A DNA stretch of 64,000 nt, taken from positions 50,486 through 114,485 of the forward strand of contig JAVBLR010000008.1 of NCBI GenBank assembly GCA_031553395.1. Reading direction: 5' to 3'. Positions 34,820 through 44,964 of this stretch are shown here, piece by piece. The position numbers were made by a program, and so were the translations under genes. The DNA comes from Bacteroidales bacterium (GTDB lineage Bacteria; Bacteroidota; Bacteroidia; Bacteroidales; WRGA01). The notes below the pieces were generated by a model, which saw nothing but the letters and a program-made list of their open reading frames with translations, was not told where the DNA came from and did not search any database. Every line of letters begins with the position of its first letter. Positions within the stretch are counted from its first letter, which is position 1.

Positions 34820-35854
34820 ATGAAGAAGATTTTAATATTCCCATTGTTTGCCGTATTGTTACTGGGTAGTTGTACTCAGAAGAAAACGGAAGAGCAAGTA
34901 TATCAGCCTCTTTCTCCTTTGAAAGTGACAAAAAATATATTTACCAATGAACAAGGAGATACCGTGCGATTGACAGGTGTCAGTTTCTCCGATCCTGATA
35001 AATTGGAACGAGAAGGACATTGGGACTTGGAATATTTTCAGGAAGCTAAAAATTGGGGCTGTAACATTGTTCGTTTTCCGATTCATACCTATACATGGAG
35101 ATATCGTGGAGCTGAAAATTATCTGGAAATGCTGGATAAAGGAGTGGAGTGGGCTACTCAAACAGGTATGTATGTTATTATCGATTGGCATGCCATTGGT
35201 AACTTGCCCGCAGATAAATATCCGGGATTCAATTATAGTACGAGTTGGAAGGAAATCGTAAAATTCTGGCAAACGATTGCTGAAAAATATAAAGGTAATT
35301 CTACTGTCGCTTTCTATGAACTTTTCAATGAACCTATGGATCAGGATGCACCGTTAAGCTGGGACGTTTGGAGACCGATGATGGATAGTTTAATTACCGA
35401 AATCAATAAAATAGATGATCAAAAAATCTATTTAGTAGCCGGGATGAATTGGGCGTATTTATTGGATGAAGTTATTGATAATCCGGTTAATCATAGGAAT
35501 GTAGCTTATGTTACACATCCTTATCCGCAAAAAAGAGAACAACCGTGGGAGCCTCAATGGGAAGCGGATTTTGGTAAGGTTGCAGAATATTATCCGATTG
35601 TTGCTACAGAATTTGGTTTTGTAATTGCCGGAGAACGAGGAGAACATAATCCTGTGGTTGGAGATGAAACTTATGGGGAAGCGATTATCAATTATTTCGA
35701 TAAAAAAGGAATTTCCTATACCGTTTGGTGTTTTGATCCGGATTGGTCACCTGCCATGCTAGATGATTACAATTTTACACCTTCTCCACATCAGGGAACA
35801 TTTTTCAAAAAAGTATTGCAAAGAAATTTAATAGAATCAAATAAAAAAAAATGA
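34820..35854 (+). CDS. GH5 endoglucanase-type lipoprotein
   Basis: The lipobox is 'LLLGSCTQ'. GH5 blocks are 'NIVRFPIH', 'VIIDWH', 'FYELFNEP' and 'VATEFG'. Confidence 0.8.
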   Translation: MKKILIFPLFAVLLLGSCTQKKTEEQVYQPLSPLKVTKNIFTNEQGDTVRLTGVSFSDPDKLEREGHWDLEYFQEAKNWGCNIVRFPIHTYTWRYRGAENYLEMLDKGVEWATQTGMYVIIDWHAIGNLPADKYPGFNYSTSWKEIVKFWQTIAEKYKGNSTVAFYELFNEPMDQDAPLSWDVWRPMMDSLITEINKIDDQKIYLVAGMNWAYLLDEVIDNPVNHRNVAYVTHPYPQKREQPWEPQWEADFGKVAEYYPIVATEFGFVIAGERGEHNPVVGDETYGEAIINYFDKKGISYTVWCFDPDWSPAMLDDYNFTPSPHQGTFFKKVLQRNLIESNKKK

Positions 35855-35883
35855 CTTATTAACAATTTAACAAATTTAAAGAT

Positions 35884-36894
35884 ATGAGAAAATTATTTTT
35901 TACATTAATCTCAGCATTAATGACTACGGCATTATTTGCTGTAAATGCAGACTTAGAGATTAGAAAAGGAGTTGATCTTGAACCTAATGGATTAGAAGAT
36001 GATGCAGTTTGGTCTCAAATAGCCCCTGTGTATATCACAAAAACATTTAATACAGACCCTACTCCAACAGTTGATGGATCTTATTTTAAAATGTTTTATA
36101 CCGACCAATATATCTATTTGTTGGTGAATGTAACAGATGATGTTTTTTATCCTTTGTATATGAATCCGACCGATGTTAAAAACGAACATATTTATGACAA
36201 AGTAGAAGTTTATTTTGATGTAAATGATGTATTGAAAGATGGAAATGGACCTGCTTATACCAGTGGGTATATGGCTCCAGGACACTATCAAATGGCTCCA
36301 AGATTCGAAGAAGATTATTTAGGTTCGTTATATTACCCGGACAATGTGCTTTATGGAAGTTTAAGCAAGGAAGTAGCAATTTGTTATGATGTAAAAAGTA
36401 GATTAGAGTATACTGGTTATATCGTTGAGTATAAATTTCCAATGGATGCTTTCGTAAATGACAGATCCGAAAAAATGAATCTGAACGCATTTAAAAATTT
36501 GCCTAATGGCTTAGGCTTTGATGTAATCATTGTTGATAATGACAAACCAAAAGATGATTATGGCCGTAAAAGAGCTGTGTGGAAAAACGCAGGACCTTCT
36601 GAGCCTTATACTAACATGGATGACTGTGCTGTAGTGAAATTAATCGATGGAGGTACTTCTGTGAAAAAAGTTGAAATATCAAAAACAAAAGTATATCCCA
36701 ACCTGGTTAGTGATGTACTAACAGTAGAAGGAGACATTAATAAAGTAGTAATTTCTTCAGTATCCGGACAACAAATTAAAGTAATTGAAAATCAAAATAC
36801 TATTAATGTCACTGATCTTGAAAAAGGCCTTTATTTAGTAGGATTATATCAAGATAATGTATTGAAGGGAACTCATAAGATAATTAAGAAATAA
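35884..36894 (+). CDS. CBM9/DOMON-like carbohydrate-binding protein with T9SS CTD
   Basis: A signal peptide is followed by 'DDAVWSQIAPVYITKTF...YFKMFYTDQYIYLLVNVTDD', which resembles CBM9-like domains. The CTD is 'KVYPNLVSDVLTVEG...GLYLVGLYQDNVLKGTHKIIKK'. Confidence 0.55.
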   Translation: MRKLFFTLISALMTTALFAVNADLEIRKGVDLEPNGLEDDAVWSQIAPVYITKTFNTDPTPTVDGSYFKMFYTDQYIYLLVNVTDDVFYPLYMNPTDVKNEHIYDKVEVYFDVNDVLKDGNGPAYTSGYMAPGHYQMAPRFEEDYLGSLYYPDNVLYGSLSKEVAICYDVKSRLEYTGYIVEYKFPMDAFVNDRSEKMNLNAFKNLPNGLGFDVIIVDNDKPKDDYGRKRAVWKNAGPSEPYTNMDDCAVVKLIDGGTSVKKVEISKTKVYPNLVSDVLTVEGDINKVVISSVSGQQIKVIENQNTINVTDLEKGLYLVGLYQDNVLKGTHKIIKK

Positions 36895-36917
36895 AAGCTA
36901 AATAGAAAACTAATTCC

Positions 36918-39900
36918 ATGAAAAAAAGTTGTTTAGCAAAAGATACAGATAATGTATCGAGAAAAATTTTTCCGGGTTTTCGAATATTTGCATTACTTAT
37001 GCTGTTTGGATACATCCAACTGTTATTTGTAAATGCGTATTCGCAGGATACCCAGAAAGGGAATGAGATTACAGGGACAATCATTGATAATAATGGCGAA
37101 CCTGTCGTAGCAGCTTCCGTGGTAGTCAAAGGGACTACCAACGGAGCTATCTCTGATATTGATGGAAAATACATGATTAAAGATGTTCCTGGGAATGGAA
37201 CATTGGTCTTCACTTATTTGGGAATGAAAACGCAGTCAATTGCAGTTAAAGGTCGTTCTGTTATTAATGTAACTATGCAGGAAGATGCTGTTTTCATGGA
37301 CGAAGTAGTTGTGGTTGGGTATGGAACACAAAAGAAAGTAAACTTGACAGGTGCCGTATCTGCCGTAAAAATGGATGAACAACTGACCAGCCGTTCGCTT
37401 CCTAATACTTCTATGGCATTGCAAGGAAAGATAGCCGGTCTTGCCGTAACTCAGAATTCAGGTGCTGCGGGTGAAAATGATGTAACGCTGCTTGTCCGCG
37501 GGATGGGTACGGTTAACAATTCTAATCCGTTGATTGTAGTCGACGGTATGCCGGATGTGGATCTTAACCGCTTGAATATGGACGACATTGAAAGTGTTTC
37601 CGTATTGAAAGATGCCGCTTCATCGGCAGTATATGGTTCTCGTGCAGCAAACGGTGTTATTTTGGTAACTACCAAATCCGGAAAAAACACCAAGCCGATA
37701 ATCAATGCTTCAGCATCTTATTCAATGGGTAAACCAATTCATGCATGGGAATTTATGAGCGATTATCCTCGTTCGTTGACACTTCTTCAACAGGATGCAG
37801 CAGTAAGTACATTACCTGTCAATTCAAGATTTAAAAATGGAACGATTGACCAATGGATGGCATTGGGAATGATTGACCCATTGAGATACCCTAATACTGA
37901 TTGGTATGATGTTATCTTACAAGATGCCTCTATCCAGAAATACAATGTTTCAGCTACAGGAGGAAATGAATCATCCAATTATTATATTTCTGTAGGAGCA
38001 ATGGACGAAAAAGGACTTCTCATGAATAATGAATATACTCAGTATAATGCGAGAATCAATTATGACGCTAAAATCCGTTCGAATATCAGTGTAGGGGCTC
38101 GTTTTGCAGGTAACTGGTCAAAAACGCAATACTCTTCAGATACAAATTTGACAAATACATTAGATGCAGCTCAAATGCGTTATGCAGTTGCCGGAATCAC
38201 GCCTTATGATCCGGCTACAGGATATTATGGTGGGGCAATGGCTTATGGAGAAGATACGCAAACATTCAATCCATACAGCGTTTATACCAACCAATTGAAT
38301 CACAAAGAAAGACAAGAAGCTAATTTAAGTGCATTTTTGGATTGGAAAATCGTTAAAGGCTTGAGTGCACGTATGGATTTCTTTCTAAATTATAACAATG
38401 ATTTTCGATATCAGGCAGATATGCCTAATACTGGATATAATTTTCAGACGGATATGTTCACCACCCGGGTATATGTGCCGGAAAGCGCTCCGATTTATAA
38501 TTACACCAATAATAGTTATAAAACCCAGTTTACCGGTCGTTTGAATTATGACTTTACCATTGTAAAAGATCATGTCTTTAATTTAATGGCTGCTTATAAT
38601 CAGGAATATTGGCATACTCGTTATTTAATGGCAAGCCGGACAAATAGATATTATCCTACTTTGCATGAAATTGACGGAGCGCTGGCTGATGAAAACCAAA
38701 CCAATGCAGGTTATTCAAGTAGAGAGGGTTTACGTTCCTACATAAGCCGGATCAATTATGTTGCCTATCAAAGGTATCTTTTTGAATTTAATTTAAGATA
38801 TGATGGATCTTCCAAGTTCCTGGAAGGGCATCGATACGGATTATTCCCATCTGCCTCTGTGGGTTGGGTATTCTCAGAAGAATCATTTATTAATTCTTTT
38901 ACAGGATCTTGGTTAGAAAGAGGTAAATTTCGTGCATCATACGGGGGACTGGGTAATAATGACGGTGTTGGACGTTATGACCAAATAGAGACTTTGAAAA
39001 CCGGGAATTATGTAATTGATGGAAAAATTGCAAAAGGATTTTATAATGAAAAAATGATCAATCGGGATTTCACTTGGGAAGAAACGAAAGTCCTGAATGT
39101 TGGTCTTGATTTAGGTTTTCTTAATAACAGGTTAAATGCTGAAATCGATTATTATGATCGATTGACTACCGGCATGATTCGTCCGTCTGATTTCTCAATA
39201 CTTCTTGATGGGGCTTATATTCCTCCCAAAAAGAATATTGGTAATATGCGAAACCGCGGTATTGAAGCTAATATAACATGGAGGGATAAAATACGCGATT
39301 TCTCTTATACTATCAATGGCAATGTGGCTTATAATATGACTACGTTGGAAAAATGGAACGAATATTTGGGTCGAGGAACTACCAGTGAAAATGCTTATGT
39401 ATTCATTGATATGCCTTATAACTATGTGTATGCCTATGAAACAAGCGGTATTGCACAAACATGGGAAGATGTATATAATGCGACTCCGCAGGGAGCACGT
39501 CCTGGTGATTTGCTATATAAAGACTTGAATGGAGATGGTAAAATCGATGAAAACGACAGAAAAGCATATCCGAATATCCAACGGGATAGACCCACTACCA
39601 ACTTTGCATTAAATATGAGTGGGCAATGGAAAGGTTTTGATCTGGCATTGATGTTCCAAGGGGCAGCAGGTCGTAAGACATTCTGGTTGACTGCCAACAA
39701 TAATTCTGATTTAGCAGAATCTCGTCAGGCTACTACCTGGGATCACTGGACTAAACCTTGGTCATTGGAAAACAGAGACGGAGAATGGACCCGTTTAGGT
39801 GGTGCCAATAACAGAAAGGAATCCACTTTCTATTTGGATAATCTGGCATATTTGCGAATAAAGAATTTACAAGTAGGATATACCATTCCTAAGAATGTAT

Positions 39901-40058
39901 TACAAAAAGTAGGCTTAAGTAGTATACGTGTTTATTTTTCAACAGATAATTTGGTTACATTCAGTAAATTCAGAGGATTAGATCCTGAAAAATTAAATGT
40001 GAATGATGGTTATCCTATGATGAGAACACTCACATTCGGACTTAATGTTGGTATTTAA
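36918..40058 (+). CDS. susC: SusC-like TonB-dependent outer-membrane transporter
   Basis: The CarboxypepD_reg-like domain is 'ITGTIIDNNGEPVVAASVVVKGTTNGAISDIDGKY'. The plug is 'VVVVGYGTQKKVNLTGAVSAV'. A 22-strand-sized barrel ends 'TLTFGLNVGI'. Confidence 0.9.
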   Translation: MKKSCLAKDTDNVSRKIFPGFRIFALLMLFGYIQLLFVNAYSQDTQKGNEITGTIIDNNGEPVVAASVVVKGTTNGAISDIDGKYMIKDVPGNGTLVFTYLGMKTQSIAVKGRSVINVTMQEDAVFMDEVVVVGYGTQKKVNLTGAVSAVKMDEQLTSRSLPNTSMALQGKIAGLAVTQNSGAAGENDVTLLVRGMGTVNNSNPLIVVDGMPDVDLNRLNMDDIESVSVLKDAASSAVYGSRAANGVILVTTKSGKNTKPIINASASYSMGKPIHAWEFMSDYPRSLTLLQQDAAVSTLPVNSRFKNGTIDQWMALGMIDPLRYPNTDWYDVILQDASIQKYNVSATGGNESSNYYISVGAMDEKGLLMNNEYTQYNARINYDAKIRSNISVGARFAGNWSKTQYSSDTNLTNTLDAAQMRYAVAGITPYDPATGYYGGAMAYGEDTQTFNPYSVYTNQLNHKERQEANLSAFLDWKIVKGLSARMDFFLNYNNDFRYQADMPNTGYNFQTDMFTTRVYVPESAPIYNYTNNSYKTQFTGRLNYDFTIVKDHVFNLMAAYNQEYWHTRYLMASRTNRYYPTLHEIDGALADENQTNAGYSSREGLRSYISRINYVAYQRYLFEFNLRYDGSSKFLEGHRYGLFPSASVGWVFSEESFINSFTGSWLERGKFRASYGGLGNNDGVGRYDQIETLKTGNYVIDGKIAKGFYNEKMINRDFTWEETKVLNVGLDLGFLNNRLNAEIDYYDRLTTGMIRPSDFSILLDGAYIPPKKNIGNMRNRGIEANITWRDKIRDFSYTINGNVAYNMTTLEKWNEYLGRGTTSENAYVFIDMPYNYVYAYETSGIAQTWEDVYNATPQGARPGDLLYKDLNGDGKIDENDRKAYPNIQRDRPTTNFALNMSGQWKGFDLALMFQGAAGRKTFWLTANNNSDLAESRQATTWDHWTKPWSLENRDGEWTRLGGANNRKESTFYLDNLAYLRIKNLQVGYTIPKNVLQKVGLSSIRVYFSTDNLVTFSKFRGLDPEKLNVNDGYPMMRTLTFGLNVGI

Positions 40059-40071
40059 AAAAAGAGATATT

Positions 40072-41964
40072 ATGAATAGAATAAAATCAATATTATTCGC
40101 AATAGTAGTAGCAGTAGGATGTATTTCTCTATTTACAGGATGTGAAGATCATCTCATGGAGCAGACTTCCACAACCGACCTCGCAAGTATCGAATTTTGG
40201 AATTCGGAACAGGATGCTACTTATGCATTGATGGGAGCTTATTCCCATGTTCGCGGACTTTTTCACCGGGATTATTATTTCGATGGACATGGGGATTATA
40301 TCCGGATTAAAGATGGTTCCGGACAATTAAGCACTTCTGAAACTAATATCACCAGAGGTGGTGCAGCTTATCGTTTGGGACGTTATTTCCCGGATCCGAT
40401 CTGGGGTTATGGAGGTTCTTTCGATAATTATTACAAATTTTCTTTTGGTGGAATTCATCGTGTCAATTATGTGATAGATAATGTACAATGGATGCTGGAT
40501 AATAGACCGGGTGTATCAAAAACAGATTTGGAAACTATTATTGGTGAAGCTCGTTTGATGCGTGGAATGATTTATTTCCGCTTGATCAGCCTTTGGGGAG
40601 ATGTTCCTTATATCAATCATATTGTTCATGATAATTCAGAAGTTGCCAGTCTTCCAAGAGTGCCGATTGCTGAGATCAAGGACTCTATTATGGCAGACTT
40701 TACGTATGCTTTTGAAAAACTTCCGAAAAAGGCAGCTCAAAGCGGAAGAGCTTCTAAGCCGGCAGCGTTGGCTTTCAGAGGAAAAATGCAATTATTCTGG
40801 GCTTCCTGGAATAAAAACGGATGGCCTGAATTAGATACATTTACGCCTAGCCAGGAAGAAGCAGTAAAAGGTTTTAAAGGTGCCGCAGAAGATTTCAAAC
40901 ATGTGATTGAAGACTATGGATTGAATTTGTTCCGCAACGGAGAACCTGGAGAATGGGGAACAATGGGAGATGCGGAAGTATTGCCAAATTACTATTATAT
41001 GTTTATTCCGTCAACCGGAAATGCCAATACGGAAGGAGAATCTATTTTTTATTTTACCCATGGCGGAGTAGGTAGCGGACAAGGCGACCCTTATGTACGT
41101 GATTTTGGTAGTCGTAGTATCGAAAACTCTCAATGTGTAATGGCCCCGAACTACAGTATTGCAGATCGTTACCAATCTACTATAACAGGAGATTTTTGTG
41201 AGCCGTTGATTCCAATGAATCCAGGTACTACACCTGAATCTTTGAAGAAAGCAAGAACGACTAAAAATTCGGCATTGAATCCGGAAAGTTATGCCAACCG
41301 GGATTACCGAATGAAAGCTACACTTCTTTGGGATTTAGAAAAAATCATGGGACTCAAAGATAAAAAAGAAACAGGTTATGTGGTTTTTGTATATAAAACT
41401 TGGAGTGGCCAAATAGAAATAGACGGCAAAAAATATGACTATTATAATACCGATGCAATTCCTGATGGTTATGTCTTCCGTAAGTTTGTTCGTAACTATG
41501 CCGGACAAGGTAGAGATGAAGGTAGCTTCAATTATCCTGTAATGCGTTTGGCGGATGTCTTCCTGATGTATGCGGAAGCAGATAATGAAGTAAACGGTCC
41601 TCAGCAATATGCTATTGACTTGGTAAACAGAGTGCGCCATCGTGGAAATTTACCTGCATTAAGTGCTACTAAAACAGCTGACAGGGATGCCTTTTTCGAA
41701 GCAATCAATCAGGAGCGTATTGTAGAATTAATTGCCGAAGGTCAACGTTCATTCGATTTGCGCAGATGGAGAATGATAGAAAAGGTTTGGGGTGCTTATC
41801 CTGGTTTTGGAGGAGTGTATGTGAAAGATACTCATGGTGCCAATAAACAAGGATGGTTTATCAATCCTTCCGCATTGGATTTGGAACGTGGGTACATCTT
41901 TAAGATACCTCAAAGTGAAAGGGATCGCAATCCTAACTTGACCCAAAATAAACCTTGGAGATAA
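40072..41964 (+). CDS. susD: SusD-like (RagB/SusD family) surface glycan-binding lipoprotein
   Basis: The start was moved to 'MNRIKSI...FTGCEDH' (lipobox). Family blocks are 'ARLMRGMIYFRLISLWGDVPY', 'MRLADVFLMYAEA' and 'ERIVELIAEGQRSFDLRRW'. Confidence 0.9.
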   Translation: MNRIKSILFAIVVAVGCISLFTGCEDHLMEQTSTTDLASIEFWNSEQDATYALMGAYSHVRGLFHRDYYFDGHGDYIRIKDGSGQLSTSETNITRGGAAYRLGRYFPDPIWGYGGSFDNYYKFSFGGIHRVNYVIDNVQWMLDNRPGVSKTDLETIIGEARLMRGMIYFRLISLWGDVPYINHIVHDNSEVASLPRVPIAEIKDSIMADFTYAFEKLPKKAAQSGRASKPAALAFRGKMQLFWASWNKNGWPELDTFTPSQEEAVKGFKGAAEDFKHVIEDYGLNLFRNGEPGEWGTMGDAEVLPNYYYMFIPSTGNANTEGESIFYFTHGGVGSGQGDPYVRDFGSRSIENSQCVMAPNYSIADRYQSTITGDFCEPLIPMNPGTTPESLKKARTTKNSALNPESYANRDYRMKATLLWDLEKIMGLKDKKETGYVVFVYKTWSGQIEIDGKKYDYYNTDAIPDGYVFRKFVRNYAGQGRDEGSFNYPVMRLADVFLMYAEADNEVNGPQQYAIDLVNRVRHRGNLPALSATKTADRDAFFEAINQERIVELIAEGQRSFDLRRWRMIEKVWGAYPGFGGVYVKDTHGANKQGWFINPSALDLERGYIFKIPQSERDRNPNLTQNKPWR

Positions 41965-41999
41965 TCCCTTTTATAATAAATATTAATATTATAAGCATA

Positions 42000-42398
42000 A
42001 TGAAAAAATATATTATCATATTATTAGCAGTTTTGGCATTTAATGGATGCCAGGATTATCCGATTGATGAAGACGGTTTATTGATTACAACAAGAACTGA
42101 ATGTTATGTTAGTAGCTTTGATTTATTATCTTTCGATCACCATTCTGTTTTAGTTGGTTCTGTAGCGACTATAGACACATTGGAACAGACTATTCATGCG
42201 GAAGTTAAATATGGCACTGATTTGAAAAACTTATTGCCACAATTTAATTTGGCAACAGACTGTAAATTAGATCCTAAGATTACGGGAAAAGTAGATTTTT
42301 CGGATTTGGATAATCCTAAGAAATATACTGTTGTTTCGGGAAATCGCAAGGTGAAGAAAACATATACTATTTATCTTACCGTACAAAATCCTAAATAA
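42000..42398 (+). CDS. Small lipoprotein, positional SusE-like candidate
   Basis: The start was moved to 'MKKYIIILLAVLAFNGCQDY'. The gene lies immediately downstream of susD. No sequence motif was recognised. Confidence 0.5.
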   Translation: MKKYIIILLAVLAFNGCQDYPIDEDGLLITTRTECYVSSFDLLSFDHHSVLVGSVATIDTLEQTIHAEVKYGTDLKNLLPQFNLATDCKLDPKITGKVDFSDLDNPKKYTVVSGNRKVKKTYTIYLTVQNPK

Positions 42399-42400
42399 TC

Positions 42401-43384
42401 ATGAAACTAAGATATTATATCATATTACCTTTAATATGTTTTACTCTTTGCTTCGTTTCTTGTAGCGATGATAATGAGTATAAAATACCCGAAGGTATTA
42501 CAGAGTTGCAAAATGATTGTATCAAACGAGGAATAAAACCTAATTTGGTCGGAGATACAATACAATTTGCTTATGCAATGGCTTTGCCTAAGGGAACAGG
42601 ACATTTGGTATCTGCCCGTGCAGAAGCTTCTATTCCGGGAGATCCTAAAACCTCTTTCAATAATAAATCTTATCATACCAGTTCCGGTGGAATGGATATA
42701 GGAGTCGAAGTTGCCGGTCCTTCTGTTAATGAAGGAAAAATGACTGAGATTACTTTTACAACAGACACCTGTGCTGCAACGCTTCGGTATTATTATGTTA
42801 TCCCTGAAGAAGCAAGAGGAAAACAAGTTTCCTTTAAATTTTATGCATCGGATAGTAACGGACGTCAGGTTTCGTATAACATGGGACCTTACAATATCTC
42901 CAATATGGATAAAAAATTGGATATTGTATTAAGCAATGAGTCGTTTTTCTCTATTGAAGATATGGCCGTTTATGATAAAACAGCAGCAGCTGCTAATCCG
43001 GAAAAAATGGATTTGGTTTATATCTATAAAGTTATCAGGGGAATTGATTATGCACATTCTTTAGTTTCTCCAGGAGCTGATTCTCAATATTTTCAGGGAG
43101 TTACTATGCCGGAAGGCGTAAACAACAGCACTAAATTCTGGAAAGTATACGCATCTGCCGACCAGGATTTGGCGCGTGATGAATATGGTGTATTTGTTGA
43201 TGATTTGGACCTGCAAAAAATCACTTTTACCAATGCTCCTGATTTTGGAATCAATATGACCCAAAAGTCCGGTGCGTGGGTGGAAACTTCTGACGGAAGA
43301 TACCGTGCTTATTTCTATGTCAATGCTGTTAATAATGGTAAAAAAACAATGACAATCAGCATCAAGCGACTGAAAGTGAAATAA
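42401..43384 (+). CDS. Lipoprotein, positional SusF-like / surface glycan-binding candidate
   Basis: The lipobox is 'CFVSCSDDNEY'. The composition is beta-rich. The call is positional inference only. Confidence 0.5.
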   Translation: MKLRYYIILPLICFTLCFVSCSDDNEYKIPEGITELQNDCIKRGIKPNLVGDTIQFAYAMALPKGTGHLVSARAEASIPGDPKTSFNNKSYHTSSGGMDIGVEVAGPSVNEGKMTEITFTTDTCAATLRYYYVIPEEARGKQVSFKFYASDSNGRQVSYNMGPYNISNMDKKLDIVLSNESFFSIEDMAVYDKTAAAANPEKMDLVYIYKVIRGIDYAHSLVSPGADSQYFQGVTMPEGVNNSTKFWKVYASADQDLARDEYGVFVDDLDLQKITFTNAPDFGINMTQKSGAWVETSDGRYRAYFYVNAVNNGKKTMTISIKRLKVK

Positions 43385-43535
43385 TTCTTTTAATAATGGG
43401 GTTGCATCAAAAATATGCTTCTGATGTAACCCCATATAAATCCAGTTATATAAAATTCAAGTGGGCGGTTTAGAACAATCTGAACCTCTTAGGACTCTTT
43501 GTTTTTATAAAAGCGAGAAAAAAATCATTAAGTAT

Positions 43536-44921
43536 ATGATTTACAGAAAAATAAAATACATCTTTCTTTTGATATTGTTTTGCGGAGTACACGAAATTCA
43601 TTCCCAAAACTTAAAAGCAGATGGATATAAAGGCATTTGGTATACGCTCGGACAATATTCCGAATACGGAGATAAATATTCCGGAGGATTGGGAACTTAT
43701 ACCGCTGATCATATACCGGTTGCTATTTATGCTCCTGAAGTAAAAAAAACGTTTTTTATTTATGGAGGAACTACCCGTCAGGATGAAAAGCATCTTTTAA
43801 TTATGATTTCTTATTATGATCATCAAAAGAAAGTAGTTCCCAAACCGGTAATAGTTTATGATAAAGTTGGAGTAGATGATCCTCACGATAACGGATCTAT
43901 ATCTATTGATAATGAAGGGTATATTTGGGTATTTGTTAGTGGTCGTAATGTGACCCGCCTTGGAATGGTTTTCAAAAGTACAGAACCTTATAGCATTGAA
44001 AAATTCGAAAAAGTATATGAATCGGTATTTACATATCCGCAACCCTGGTGGATTAAAAATCAAGGATTCATTCATCTTTTTACAAAATATACCGCTCCTG
44101 AAACAAGGGGGAGAGAATTATACTGGTCGGTAAGTCCGGATGGAAAAAATTGGACTCCTGACCGAAAATTAGCTGGGATGAGCGGTCATTATCAAATTAG
44201 TAATGTATATGGTAACAAGCTAGCAACCGCATTCAATTACCATCCAGAAGGACAAGCCGATAAACGTACCAATATTTATTATGCCCAAACTGAAGATATG
44301 GGAAATACCTGGAAATCTATCCAGGGAGAAATACTTCAAACCCCATTGACTGATCATCATGGAGCTACTTTAGTCTATGATTATGAGGCAGAAAAAAAAT
44401 TGGTTTATTTGAATGATATCAACTTTGATAGTGAAGGAAACCCTCTTGTTTTAGCAGTGGTTAGTCGTCATTTTCAACCCGGACCCCAAGGAGATCCCAG
44501 AGAGTGGATTCTTTTCCATTGGAAGAACAAACAATGGCAACAACATAAAATTTGTGAATCTTCTCATAATTATGATATGGGATCCTTATTTATCAATAAT
44601 AAAGAATGGATTATTATCGGACCTACCGCTTCGGGGCCACAAGCTTATGGAACCGGAGGAGAAATGGTTATCTGGAAAAGTACAGATGAAGGTAATAGCT
44701 GGAAGAAAGTTCGCAATATAACACATAACAGTACTCAGAATCATTCTTATGCTCGTCGTCCTTTGAATGCCCATAACGATTTCTATGCCTTTTGGGCCGA
44801 CGGAGACGCCAACAATTTTTCCGAATCAAAATTATATTTCACAAACAAAAAAGGAGATAAAGTCTGGCAATTGCCATATCATATGAATGAGGAGTTTGTT
44901 TCTCCTGTACGAATCAAATAA
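43536..44921 (+). CDS. BNR/Asp-box beta-propeller protein (BNR_4-like)
   Basis: The start was moved to the signal peptide 'MIYRKIKYIFLLILFCGVHEIHSQ'. Asp-box motifs are 'SVSPDGKNWTP', 'AQTEDMGNTWKS' and 'KSTDEGNSWKK'. Confidence 0.6.
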   Translation: MIYRKIKYIFLLILFCGVHEIHSQNLKADGYKGIWYTLGQYSEYGDKYSGGLGTYTADHIPVAIYAPEVKKTFFIYGGTTRQDEKHLLIMISYYDHQKKVVPKPVIVYDKVGVDDPHDNGSISIDNEGYIWVFVSGRNVTRLGMVFKSTEPYSIEKFEKVYESVFTYPQPWWIKNQGFIHLFTKYTAPETRGRELYWSVSPDGKNWTPDRKLAGMSGHYQISNVYGNKLATAFNYHPEGQADKRTNIYYAQTEDMGNTWKSIQGEILQTPLTDHHGATLVYDYEAEKKLVYLNDINFDSEGNPLVLAVVSRHFQPGPQGDPREWILFHWKNKQWQQHKICESSHNYDMGSLFINNKEWIIIGPTASGPQAYGTGGEMVIWKSTDEGNSWKKVRNITHNSTQNHSYARRPLNAHNDFYAFWADGDANNFSESKLYFTNKKGDKVWQLPYHMNEEFVSPVRIK

Positions 44922-44964
44922 TGATTTGTATAAGGAGTAAATACTTAAGAAAATGTATTTAAAT